Position numbers and translations under genes: made by a program. A stretch of 64,000 bases of DNA from a virus, in IMG/VR virus record IMGVR_UViG_3300027808_000009, positions 32,001 through 96,000 of that record. One strand, written 5' to 3'. Positions 1 to 8,972 of the stretch are shown in pieces. The notes under the pieces are model-generated. The model was not told where the DNA came from and searched no databases. It worked only from the letters and a program-made list of their open reading frames with translations. The stretch's first letter is position 1. Each line of letters opens with the position of its first letter.

Positions 1-20
1 CTTTACAAAAAACAAATATC

Positions 21-239
21 ATGGAATTAGAATTAACAGCAGAGCAAGTAGCAAAATCAGTATCAGCAGCATATGATAGTGTAGCATTATTAAATGAGTT
101 AAAAGCTAAAGAGTCTTTAACTATAGAGGAAGTAGATACACAAAGACGTAATGAAGAGCACATCAGAATTATGATGGGTAAAGAATGGTTTGTAGGTGGA
201 CTTACTAAAAAACAAGTAACTGAATTGCAAGCAATATGA
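21..239 (+). CDS. Small hypothetical protein (72 aa), possible fibre-associated chaperone
   Basis: ORF with A-rich leader; small acidic helical protein in the fibre module. Confidence 0.6.
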   Translation: MELELTAEQVAKSVSAAYDSVALLNELKAKESLTIEEVDTQRRNEEHIRIMMGKEWFVGGLTKKQVTELQAI

Positions 240-382
240 AAACAGAAGATGCAAAACAAGTAGTTGAACAAGCTTTAAATCAAGCATTCCTTAAAGGAGC
301 ATTTAGTTTACAAGATGCAGCTATGATCACACAAGCATTAGGAGTTCTATTTGCAGAACCACAACTAGTTCAAGAAAACTAA
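236..382 (+). CDS. Small hypothetical protein (48 aa, MKTEDAKQVVEQALNQAFLKGAFSLQDAAMITQALGVLFAEPQLVQEN), absent from ORF track
   Basis: ATG at 236 overlaps the TGA of the previous ORF (ATGA coupling); TAA at 380-382 is followed by a terminator. Confidence 0.7.
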   Translation: MKTEDAKQVVEQALNQAFLKGAFSLQDAAMITQALGVLFAEPQLVQEN

Positions 383-385
383 ATT

Positions 386-415
386 AAGAGCCACAGAGAT
401 GTGGCTTTTCTTTTT
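386..415 (+). terminator. Rho-independent terminator
   Basis: AAGAGCCACA-GAGA-TGTGGCTTTT stem followed by a T-tract. Confidence 0.75.
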
Positions 416-469
416 ATATTTGTATATATAGAAAGTTTTCTGTATATTATTATATATAAATCAATTATT

Positions 470-1075
470 ATGTCTGTAGGAAATTTAAAAACATACGGTG
501 GTAAAGGAACAAACATGCCATGGCAATTAAAAATGCTATTTGGTCAAGAGTGTGCATGTGATAACCTTACTGATATTAACACAAATACAAGTAATGTAGA
601 TTCATTACTTAACCAAATACTTGCAGCAATACAGGCGGGAGCTGATTATGAAGCAGCTCTTGTACTTGATGCTAATGATGTAACTTGGTTAGAGATAAGA
701 CTTTATAATGCTGGTACGGGAACTTTTGATCCACCAGTTTATTATCTTGCAGGAACAAATACTCCAGGTACACCAGTTGCACCAATAACGTATATTAATC
801 CTAATAGTTATTTATCTCAAATAGTAAGTAATACATCAGCTGTTAGTAGAACACCTAATTATATTAGAACATTTGTAGCAGGTACAGTTGCTCCAATAAC
901 ATATAGCTTTTCTATAGCAAATGTAGGATCAGCTAATGGAACTTTTTTAGGTGCTCCTATTAAACCAGGAGAATCAGTAAGTTTTGGATCTGATGGTATT
1001 AATAATTATTATGCTGCTTCTACATTTACATATGACGGAACAGGTACTGAATTACTTATTACTTATAATACATAA
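470..1075 (+). CDS. Hypothetical virion/fibre-associated protein (201 aa; true start probably ATG 470 rather than GTG 401)
   Basis: GTG 401 lies inside the terminator stem; ATG 470 follows an AT-rich promoter-like region. T/G/P-rich beta-type composition. Confidence 0.65.
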   Translation: MSVGNLKTYGGKGTNMPWQLKMLFGQECACDNLTDINTNTSNVDSLLNQILAAIQAGADYEAALVLDANDVTWLEIRLYNAGTGTFDPPVYYLAGTNTPGTPVAPITYINPNSYLSQIVSNTSAVSRTPNYIRTFVAGTVAPITYSFSIANVGSANGTFLGAPIKPGESVSFGSDGINNYYAASTFTYDGTGTELLITYNT

Positions 1076-1087
1076 TACTATATACTA

Positions 1088-2584
1088 ATGAGTACAGAAA
1101 TTAATATAAAGAAAAAATTAGCAATTCTAGATGAAGGTGTAAGTGTAACTACAGACGCAACTAGTATTGATTTTGTAGGTGCTGGTGTTACTGCAGCTAC
1201 AGTAGATGGTGATGTTACAATTACTATTCCAGGAGGTGTAGGATCTGTTACGGCTACTGCACCAATACAATCATCTGGAGGAACAACACCAGCTATTAGT
1301 ATGGCACAATCATCAGCAACAGTAGATGGATATTTATCTTCTTCTGACTGGTCAGTATTTAATGCAAAACAAAATGCAATTACTCTTACTACTACAGGAA
1401 CATCAGGAGCCGCAACATTAGTTGGTAGTACATTGAATGTACCTAATTACGCAACCAGTACAGGTGGTATATGGGGAATAGCAAATGCAAGTGGTGTTTA
1501 TACTTATTATGCAACATGGGCTTTAGCGGTTGCATCTGCGACAAGCGGTCAATGTATTGAATTATTTGCGGATATTACTGAAAATGCAGTAGGTTACACG
1601 TTAAAAAATGGTGTTAATATTAACGGTAACGGACATACAATTTCATTCTCAATAGTTGACGGATTTATTGCTACTTCTTCACCTACTATTTGTGAAATAA
1701 ATAACATAGTAGTTAATCAAGCTACAGCAAGTGTTTCTGGTTTATATATTAATGCTACTGGCTCAATAATTGGCGGTAATGCAACATTTAATAGTAATAA
1801 CGCTTCATCTTATGGTGTATATGGTCGGCTCGTGACTAGAATCTATGGATTTACGTGTAATGGTTATACTCCTATATTTACATCAAGTACAATTTCCCCA
1901 AATGCGGTAATAGATAATATTTATGTAGACTCAATTGGGGGTTCAGCCATAACAACTGGAACTTTATCAAATTCTATCATTAAATCAAATACTGCTGGTG
2001 TTTCTCCTGTTGGATTATGTTATACAATTAATAACTGTTATATATATGCTAATGGTGGGAGTGCAATTGCTACTACTATTGCAATTGAGGTAAACAACTC
2101 TACATTAATATCAGTTACTTCAAGAGTATTAACAGGTTCTGCTGGAGTATTTACACTTAATAATTGTTATGTAAAAACTTCAGCTGGAGATATAGGAATT
2201 GGAACATTTAATAATTGCACAATATTATCATTAATTAACCCAATAAATTTTTACATGGCAAGTGGAATATTTAATAATTGTACAATAACCGCAAATGCTT
2301 CAGCTGTTTTTTCATTATTGGGTAGTGGAAGTATCAATAATTGCAATGTTATTTGCAACTATAATAACGCTGGAGGTCATGGATTCTATTATTCAACTTG
2401 CTCTGTTAATAATTCAATTATTCAATTAGCTAATTCGGGGGCAACAGCTTTTACAAGTGCTGGGGCAATTACTATGTATTTAGCGAATAATTCAATAAAA
2501 GGCTCAACAAACTTTAAAAATGCAAATGTAACAAACGGTCAAACAAATACAGCAGATGCACAAGGAAATGTAATTTTACAATAA
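1088..2584 (+). CDS. Tail spike/fibre with parallel beta-helix (pectin-lyase-like) repeats
   Basis: N-terminal GVGSVTATAPI fibre motif; C-terminal repeats INNCYI, FNNCTI, INNCNV, VNNSII typical of right-handed beta-helix. Confidence 0.7.
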   Translation: MSTEINIKKKLAILDEGVSVTTDATSIDFVGAGVTAATVDGDVTITIPGGVGSVTATAPIQSSGGTTPAISMAQSSATVDGYLSSSDWSVFNAKQNAITLTTTGTSGAATLVGSTLNVPNYATSTGGIWGIANASGVYTYYATWALAVASATSGQCIELFADITENAVGYTLKNGVNINGNGHTISFSIVDGFIATSSPTICEINNIVVNQATASVSGLYINATGSIIGGNATFNSNNASSYGVYGRLVTRIYGFTCNGYTPIFTSSTISPNAVIDNIYVDSIGGSAITTGTLSNSIIKSNTAGVSPVGLCYTINNCYIYANGGSAIATTIAIEVNNSTLISVTSRVLTGSAGVFTLNNCYVKTSAGDIGIGTFNNCTILSLINPINFYMASGIFNNCTITANASAVFSLLGSGSINNCNVICNYNNAGGHGFYYSTCSVNNSIIQLANSGATAFTSAGAITMYLANNSIKGSTNFKNANVTNGQTNTADAQGNVILQ

Positions 2585-2604
2585 ACTAATTAATAAATAA
2601 AAAT

Positions 2605-2778
2605 ATGGAAACAGTAGAAATAGGACAGATAATTGCACAGTTGAAAATGACTGAAAACATGAGAATCATCACTCAAGATTTAAACGGTAATAACGTGAAA
2701 GTCTTAGTGTGGGAAGACTTTACAGTTGAGGAACAGGCACAATTGGTAGCTTGTGTAAATATGATTGAATCAAAATAA
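2605..2778 (+). CDS. Small hypothetical protein (57 aa, METVEIGQIIAQLKMTENMRII...), possible spike chaperone; absent from ORF track
   Basis: ATG 2605 with A-rich leader, TAA 2776-2778; fills the gap between two fibre genes. Confidence 0.7.
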   Translation: METVEIGQIIAQLKMTENMRIITQDLNGNNVKVLVWEDFTVEEQAQLVACVNMIESK

Positions 2779-2790
2779 ATATAAAAAATT

Positions 2791-4056
2791 ATGGCGGTAG
2801 TAACAGTTTCGGGTAATCCCGTAGTAGGTACTAAATACACAGTAACTACAGCATCAAGTGCTGATTGGGCTTCTGTATCAAATAGTACATATTTCTTTGA
2901 TTTAACAGATAAATTAGTTCATTATAAAGACTCAACAGGAGCTATAATTGAATTATTTGGAGCAGCTGGTGGTTTAACATATTTTACAGAAGCACAAAGT
3001 ACAGCTTCACCAAATGCTACAGTTAACGTAGATTCATTAACAGCTATAGCTGGTACTACTGATGCGGATTTAGCAATTATTCCTAAAGGAACAGGAGCTT
3101 TATTAGGACGTGTTCCAGACGGTACAGCAACTGGAGGAAATAAACGTGGCGCAAATGCCGTAGATTTTCAAACATATATTGACCAACCCGACCACGTAGC
3201 AAGTGGAAACTATGCAGTTGTTGTTGGCGGTCAAGGAAATAAAGCCACAGCAATTAATAGTACCGTGGCGGGAGGGTATTACAATAATGCTACGGGTCAA
3301 TATAGCACAGTTATTGGCGGTTTTGGCAATAGTTCTATCGGTTCATTTTCTGTTACTGGTGGTAGAGATAACATTGCTAGAGGTACAGATGTAATGCTGG
3401 GTGAAGGGTGCTCAACCGTTAGTAGCTTAAATCACAACACCGCTATTGGTTATTATAATGTAATTACGGGTGGATACCATTCAGTTGCGTTAGGTGGATA
3501 TAATTCATGTACAGGACAGATTCACGTAGCTTTAGGCGATAGTAACACTCTTACAGCCCCTTACGGATCAGTTGTTTTAGGTATTAATTGTTTAGATAAT
3601 GGTTATAGTCGTTTTGTATATGGTAATCAAGGGTGGGTTAAGGGTGATACTCAAAGCTCAAAAATAGTTTTAAATAGAAGAACAACAAATGCAACTCCAA
3701 CGCCTTTAATTATTCAAACACCTAATGGGTCGGGTGAAGCAACAAATAATCAATTAACGCTAAAAGATAACAACGTATTCAGAGTTAAAGGTTCTATAAC
3801 AGGTAAACAAAGTGCTTCAACTAACGTGGGAGTTTGGGATATAGATTGTGTAATAGTAAGAGGAACAACCGCCGCATCAACAGTTATAGCAGGCACACCA
3901 ACGGTTTCACTTGTTGTAAATACAGGTTCTTTTGGAAATCCAACTTTAACTGCAAACACAACATTAGGGTGTTTAACAGTTACAGTTATAGGTCTTGCAT
4001 CGACTAACGTTCAATGGACTTGTGTAATTGACACTTGTGAAGTTATTTACGCATAA
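2791..4056 (+). CDS. Tail fibre/adhesin with YadA-head-like GGxxN repeats (paralogue 1)
   Basis: Repeats VVVGGQGN, TVAGGYYN, TVIGGFGN; shares N-proximal and C-terminal blocks with 4072..5331. Confidence 0.7.
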   Translation: MAVVTVSGNPVVGTKYTVTTASSADWASVSNSTYFFDLTDKLVHYKDSTGAIIELFGAAGGLTYFTEAQSTASPNATVNVDSLTAIAGTTDADLAIIPKGTGALLGRVPDGTATGGNKRGANAVDFQTYIDQPDHVASGNYAVVVGGQGNKATAINSTVAGGYYNNATGQYSTVIGGFGNSSIGSFSVTGGRDNIARGTDVMLGEGCSTVSSLNHNTAIGYYNVITGGYHSVALGGYNSCTGQIHVALGDSNTLTAPYGSVVLGINCLDNGYSRFVYGNQGWVKGDTQSSKIVLNRRTTNATPTPLIIQTPNGSGEATNNQLTLKDNNVFRVKGSITGKQSASTNVGVWDIDCVIVRGTTAASTVIAGTPTVSLVVNTGSFGNPTLTANTTLGCLTVTVIGLASTNVQWTCVIDTCEVIYA

Positions 4057-4071
4057 TAAAATTATATAACA

Positions 4072-5331
4072 ATGGGAGTAAATAGTAATCAATATCTTCA
4101 AGGTATAAATCAAACAACAGGAACAGGTGTTCCGTCACATTCAGCGGTTGCTGGAGATAGATATACAGATACAGCAACAGGTATTACTTATCAATATACT
4201 ACAAGTTGGCAAACTGTATCTTATAGTGCAGGCGGTTTAACGTACTTTACCGAAGCACAAAACACAACAGCACCTAATGCTACTGTACCTGTAGATAGTT
4301 TAACTGCGGTTACAGGTACTACTAATGGTGACTTTGCAATTATACCAAAGGGTGCTGGAGCTTTAATAAGTCAAATTTCAGACGGAACAGCTACAGGTGG
4401 GAATAAAAGAGGTGCAAGAGCTGTAGATTTTCAAAGAAGTAGGACTGGAGCTTCTCAGGTTGCAAGTGGTACTGATTCAGCAATATTAAGTGGTATTAAT
4501 AACGTTGCTTCAAGTACATATTCAGTAGTTTCTGGTGGTAGTGGTAACTCAGCGTTAGGGCAATATAATTTCGTTTTTGGTAGAAATGGATATGCTACTG
4601 GTGATTATGTATTTGAGTTTGGAAACAATGGTGGAGGTACAGCAGGCGGTGGTTTTGGTTTTTTATCTGCATCAACAGCAGGCAATGCTACTTCATTTAA
4701 TGGTACAGCAACTGGAACTGGCTCTTTTGCTAAAAATGGAGTTGCTTCAGGCAACGGAGCTTTTGTTGCTGGCGGCGTTAGTAACGGTGCAAGTGGTATA
4801 AATTCATTTGTAACAAATGACACTAATTCCGCAAGTGGAAAATATTCAGCTTGTTTTGGTGTTTATGGATCAACAAAAGGTATTGCTTCAAGAATATCAC
4901 TAGGTACTTTACAAGATATAGGACCATATTTGCAAGGTAATAGTCAAGTATCAACAGGAGTTGTAGGCACCCAAACATCAACAAATACAGCAATTAGTTT
5001 ACTTGTTTATAATGGAACAGCAATTGCTTTACCTTTACAAGATAATGAAGCAATAAGAGTAAAGGGTTCAATTATTGGAAAACAGTCAGCAACTACAAAT
5101 GTTACAAGTTATGACTTTGATTGTGTAATTGTTAGAGGAACAACAGCAGCTAGTACGGTAATTAAAGTAAATAACATGAATTTAGTTTGGGATGATATAG
5201 TTTGCACAGTTTTACCAACATTAACAGCGGACACTACAAATGGTGGTTTAGACATTAAATCAGGAGGTAAATTAACAACAACAATTAAATGGAGCTGTAG
5301 AATAGACAGCACAGAATCAATTTTAGCATAA
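4072..5331 (+). CDS. Tail fibre/adhesin with YadA-head-like repeats (paralogue 2)
   Basis: Same GGLTYFTEAQ...GGNKRGA..AVDFQ block and RVKGSI.GKQSA...DCVIVRGTTAASTVI block as 2791..4056. Confidence 0.7.
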   Translation: MGVNSNQYLQGINQTTGTGVPSHSAVAGDRYTDTATGITYQYTTSWQTVSYSAGGLTYFTEAQNTTAPNATVPVDSLTAVTGTTNGDFAIIPKGAGALISQISDGTATGGNKRGARAVDFQRSRTGASQVASGTDSAILSGINNVASSTYSVVSGGSGNSALGQYNFVFGRNGYATGDYVFEFGNNGGGTAGGGFGFLSASTAGNATSFNGTATGTGSFAKNGVASGNGAFVAGGVSNGASGINSFVTNDTNSASGKYSACFGVYGSTKGIASRISLGTLQDIGPYLQGNSQVSTGVVGTQTSTNTAISLLVYNGTAIALPLQDNEAIRVKGSIIGKQSATTNVTSYDFDCVIVRGTTAASTVIKVNNMNLVWDDIVCTVLPTLTADTTNGGLDIKSGGKLTTTIKWSCRIDSTESILA

Positions 5332-5359
5332 TAATTAGTAACTTTATAAAAAAAACAAT

Positions 5360-5707
5360 ATGAAAATTAAAACATTAGTACCAGTAACGTATAACAACGG
5401 AATAGCAGGTCAAGAAACAGGATTAGTAACAGGAAATCTACAAGCTTGTAGTCAACAATTAAGATTTGGATTTGATTCTCAGTATATGTTTGAATATGCA
5501 TCAGAAAGCGGTCAAACAATTGCTAACAATATGTACCCAGTTAGTGCTGAAGAAACAAACGCCTTATATGAAATAGTAAAAAGTGAAGTACCAACAGGTT
5601 TATCTTATACGGATTCAACAACTTATCTTTACTATTTAGGTTTCAGAATACAAATGGCTGCAACTTTTGGAATTACAGTAAATGATATTGAAATAATAAT
5701 TGATTAA
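5360..5707 (+). CDS. Hypothetical protein (115 aa), possible fibre assembly chaperone
   Basis: Clean ORF directly after the paired fibre genes. Confidence 0.6.
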   Translation: MKIKTLVPVTYNNGIAGQETGLVTGNLQACSQQLRFGFDSQYMFEYASESGQTIANNMYPVSAEETNALYEIVKSEVPTGLSYTDSTTYLYYLGFRIQMAATFGITVNDIEIIID

Positions 5708-5717
5708 TATATAAAAG

Positions 5718-6488
5718 ATGGCCGGGTCATATTGGAGTGAAGATGTTTTAGATACACTGTATCAGAAACCTTCAGAAATATATAGGGGTTTTACTTATAA
5801 TAATAACTCTACAACTGTACAAGCAGATGGTGGATTAGTTGCTTCAGCTTCTGCTTCTACATTAGCTCAATCTGTTGCATCTACTAATTTTGTATCAAAG
5901 CAAATAAGACTTAGATATTATGCATCAATTGTAGCAGGCGGAAGATATACAGGAATAAGAGGATCAGCTTTACTATGGTTTTTACACGGTGGGTTTAGAT
6001 TTGTTTGTGACTTTAATGTTTCAGATACAGCATATTCTGCAGGTTGTCAACAATTTTATGGTTTAGCTGGTCAAACAACTGACTTAGCTTACGGTACTGT
6101 ATCTGGTACATTAGTAAGTACATTGACTAACATAATTGGTGTCGGTAGTGAAATTGGTGATACTAACTTACAAGTATTCACCAATGATGCTACAGGTACA
6201 GCAACAAAAGTAGATCTTGGTGCAGCTTTTCCTGCTAATAGAGATGCAGGTGCTATAATGACAACTGTATATAGTATAGTATTAGTTAATAAACCAATGT
6301 CTACAAGTGTAGTATATAGAGTAACTAACAATGAAACAGGTGCAGTTGCAACAGGTACAATATCAACTGACTTACCAGCAACATCACAAGGATTAAATTT
6401 ATTTGCTAGTAGATGTATGGCTGTAACTTCTGTAACTAATACAGGACAATTTGATTTAATGAAATTAGGAGTATTCTCACAATTATAA
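5718..6488 (+). CDS. Beta-rich putative receptor-binding/lectin-like virion protein
   Basis: T/G/A/S-rich beta-strand pattern; located in the fibre module. Confidence 0.5.
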   Translation: MAGSYWSEDVLDTLYQKPSEIYRGFTYNNNSTTVQADGGLVASASASTLAQSVASTNFVSKQIRLRYYASIVAGGRYTGIRGSALLWFLHGGFRFVCDFNVSDTAYSAGCQQFYGLAGQTTDLAYGTVSGTLVSTLTNIIGVGSEIGDTNLQVFTNDATGTATKVDLGAAFPANRDAGAIMTTVYSIVLVNKPMSTSVVYRVTNNETGAVATGTISTDLPATSQGLNLFASRCMAVTSVTNTGQFDLMKLGVFSQL

Positions 6489-6491
6489 GAT

Positions 6492-6734
6492 ATGGAAAAA
6501 TTTATACTAGTATCATCAATGATTATAGAAGATGACTTAGAAGCAAATGTATGCTTAAGACCTTCAAGTTCATTAATAGAAAACTATATAGCAACATATA
6601 GAACTTTTGAAAATGAGGTTGTTGCAATTGCTGAAACACCAGCTTTTATTGCTGAAATGACACCATTACTATTTGCTGAATTTGAACAAATGGATAATGT
6701 ACCAGTAGAAATAAGAAACCAATTTGAATTATGA
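6492..6734 (+). CDS. Small acidic hypothetical protein (80 aa)
   Basis: Clean ORF, ATGA-coupled to the next gene. Confidence 0.6.
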   Translation: MEKFILVSSMIIEDDLEANVCLRPSSSLIENYIATYRTFENEVVAIAETPAFIAEMTPLLFAEFEQMDNVPVEIRNQFEL

Positions 6735-6958
6735 AAAAGATAAAAACAACAGCAACAGAATTAAAAACAAGATGGAGTGGTAAGACACCAACCTTTTGGA
6801 AAAAGGTACAAAGAATTGGTATTATTGCTGGTTCAATTGGAGCAGCTTTAGTTGCAGCACCAATAACGTTACCCGTTGCTATAGTAACAGGAGCAGGATA
6901 TTTAATTGCATTAGGAACAGTAACTGCTGCTCTTTCACAATTAACAGTAGAAAAGTGA
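6731..6958 (+). CDS. Putative holin / small membrane protein
   Basis: Basic N-terminus followed by a long hydrophobic stretch IGIIAGSIGAALVAAPITLPVAIVTGAGYLIALGTVTAAL; upstream of the endolysin. Confidence 0.6.
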   Translation: MKKIKTTATELKTRWSGKTPTFWKKVQRIGIIAGSIGAALVAAPITLPVAIVTGAGYLIALGTVTAALSQLTVEK

Positions 6959-7035
6959 TTTAACTAAGAATTTAATTCTTAGAATAAAAATATTTGCGTA
7001 TATTATATGTATATATATTTATTAAAATTTAAAAC

Positions 7036-7350
7036 ATGGATTCAATACTTACAGTTTCATTATTTGTTATTAGTTTAGTAATAGCAATAATTGGTTATTT
7101 TTTAAAAAACACATACAATGATATTAAATCAAGTGTAGATGATTTAAAAGATGACTTTCACAAGCATACTGAAGAACAGGGCAAACTTAAAGGTAAGTTA
7201 GAATTAGTTGAACAAGAACACAGATTAAAGTATCAGTTAATACAAGAGGTAACACAACAAGAGATCAAAAACATGGCATCACAGATAGGAAAACTATCTG
7301 ATACTGTGGGTGAACTTGTGTCCTTTCAAATAAAACAAAACGCTAAATGA
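7036..7350 (+). CDS. Membrane-anchored coiled-coil protein (holin/antiholin-like)
   Basis: N-terminal TM (ILTVSLFVISLVIAIIGYFL) plus heptad-rich remainder; lysis module context. Confidence 0.55.
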   Translation: MDSILTVSLFVISLVIAIIGYFLKNTYNDIKSSVDDLKDDFHKHTEEQGKLKGKLELVEQEHRLKYQLIQEVTQQEIKNMASQIGKLSDTVGELVSFQIKQNAK

Positions 7351-7838
7351 ATGCTACAGCATTAAAAACAGGAGACATACTACATTGTAGTGGAAAAAAG
7401 TTAATTAGTAGATTAATTAAAAAAGCAACAAAATCTGAATTTAGTCACTCAGCTCTATTTGTAGAAATATGGGGACAACCTTATGTGGTAGATGCACAAA
7501 AAGATGGTGTAAATGTAAGACCGTGGAATGACTGGTTAGAGATGTATGACTATAAAGTTACAGTACATAGATCATCTGACTTAGTTAATGAGAAAACATT
7601 TGCACAAAGAGCCCTTACAAGGGTAGGACATACAGCATATGACTTTGAAGGTTTACTTGTAAGACAACCAATTAAGTTAATACTTGGTGAATGGTTAGAA
7701 ACTGGTGATACAGAAAAGAAAATGTATTGTTCTGAATATGTAGCTTGGGTATATGGCGTAGAAAAAGCATACAAGTTTTCACCTCAAGATCTTTATGAGT
7801 GGTGTAAAACTAATTTCTTTTATGAAATAGTTATATGA
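7347..7838 (+). CDS. Permuted papain-like (NlpC/P60, YiiX/YebB, peptidase C92-type) enzyme
   Basis: LKTGDIL, FSHSAL (His), AYDF and MYCSEYV (Cys after His): the circularly permuted NlpC/P60 signature. Confidence 0.8.
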   Translation: MNATALKTGDILHCSGKKLISRLIKKATKSEFSHSALFVEIWGQPYVVDAQKDGVNVRPWNDWLEMYDYKVTVHRSSDLVNEKTFAQRALTRVGHTAYDFEGLLVRQPIKLILGEWLETGDTEKKMYCSEYVAWVYGVEKAYKFSPQDLYEWCKTNFFYEIVI

Positions 7839-8107
7839 GTGAATCAAAAATAACTAGTGTACTTGATCTCTTCTTATCAAAATTAAAAGAGCAATCCTTT
7901 ACAATAGTATTAATGCTAGGTGGATTATATTACCAGAATAAAATATATGACACTCAGTTAATTAAAGATGAAGCTGAACTAGCAAAAAAAGATTTAATAA
8001 TAAATGAGTTAATTAATGATCAGATTGAGAGAATGACAATAAGAGAGTCATACTTAATACAACAGAGAGATCATTATGTTGAAGACATAATCACTAATAA
8101 ACAATAA
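7835..8107 (+). CDS. Membrane-anchored coiled-coil protein in the lysis module
   Basis: Hydrophobic FTIVLMLGGLYY segment followed by a coiled coil. Confidence 0.5.
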   Translation: MSESKITSVLDLFLSKLKEQSFTIVLMLGGLYYQNKIYDTQLIKDEAELAKKDLIINELINDQIERMTIRESYLIQQRDHYVEDIITNKQ

Positions 8108-8108
8108 T

Positions 8109-8705
8109 ATGATTTTAAGTCAAGTTAGAAATGCAGTATTGGCCAAAGGATACAAGTGGTTTGAAGATACAGCAGATAAAGGATATGATGTAAACATTGT
8201 AGGTATCCGTAACTCCTCAACAGGTAAAGTAGTTACTAACTTATTTGATGATACTATTACCATATCTTACAGAGATGAGAATGGTGTATGGCAATTCAAT
8301 GAGTGGAAAAATACTACAGAACCAGGTAAGAAAGGAGTACAACAGTATCATAATGTTAATGGTGTAGCTAGATTAGTTCCAGGACAATATAGAGGAGTTT
8401 ATTCAATTGATTTACATCAAGGTAAATATCAAGCACTATGTCAAAGACTTGGTGCTGTAAAAGTATTCAGAGATACTAATAAAGATCTAGTATATGATGA
8501 AGATAATACTGATACAGGAATGTTTGGTATTAATATACACAAAGCTGGACAAGATTCTACATGGGTAGAAAACTGGTCAGAAGGATGTCAAGTGTTCAAA
8601 AGAGTTAAAGACTTTGATGCATTCATGAAGATCTGCAAAAAAGCAGCTAAGATACATGGTAATCATTTTACCTATACATTAATTGAATCAAAAGATATAG
8701 TATGA
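8109..8705 (+). CDS. Putative endolysin with L,D-transpeptidase (YkuD)-like catalytic motif
   Basis: GINIHKAG-x9-SEGCQV resembles the YkuD H...S-x-G-C motif; follows holin-like genes. Confidence 0.7.
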   Translation: MILSQVRNAVLAKGYKWFEDTADKGYDVNIVGIRNSSTGKVVTNLFDDTITISYRDENGVWQFNEWKNTTEPGKKGVQQYHNVNGVARLVPGQYRGVYSIDLHQGKYQALCQRLGAVKVFRDTNKDLVYDEDNTDTGMFGINIHKAGQDSTWVENWSEGCQVFKRVKDFDAFMKICKKAAKIHGNHFTYTLIESKDIV

Positions 8706-8860
8706 AAGTAAGAAATGCATGGAAGATAAAGAATAAACAATGGGACAAAGTCTGTGTAAGATTAAGACTTGGAGCTCTAGATTTATTCACAATTGAGATA
8801 GACGTTAGTAGAACCTTCTACATGTTGACAGTTTTAAACTTTACTATTAAAAATAGATAA
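8702..8860 (+). CDS. Small basic protein (52 aa, MKVRNAWKIKNKQWDKVCVRLRLGALDLF...), absent from ORF track
   Basis: ATGA overlap with the endolysin stop; TAA 8858-8860 precedes a terminator. Confidence 0.6.
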   Translation: MKVRNAWKIKNKQWDKVCVRLRLGALDLFTIEIDVSRTFYMLTVLNFTIKNR

Positions 8861-8881
8861 CACTTTCCATAATATAGATTT

Positions 8882-8911
8882 AACTCAGGCTTTATAGGTC
8901 TGAGTTTTTTT
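8882..8911 (+). terminator. Rho-independent terminator ending the lysis module
   Basis: AACTCAGGC-7nt-GTCTGAGTT stem plus T-tract. Confidence 0.75.
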
Positions 8912-8914
8912 GTT

Positions 8915-8950
8915 TAAATAATTAAAGTTTAAACTTATTTTGTATATTTG
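8915..8950 (+). promoter_or_regulatory. Putative promoter: TAAAT-N7-GTTTA dyad plus TATATTTG
   Basis: TATATTTG at 8943-8950 fits the Bacteroidota -7 consensus TAnnTTTG; the dyad is shared with other intergenic regions. Confidence 0.45.
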
Positions 8951-8972
8951 TGTAAACATAAATTTATATAAA

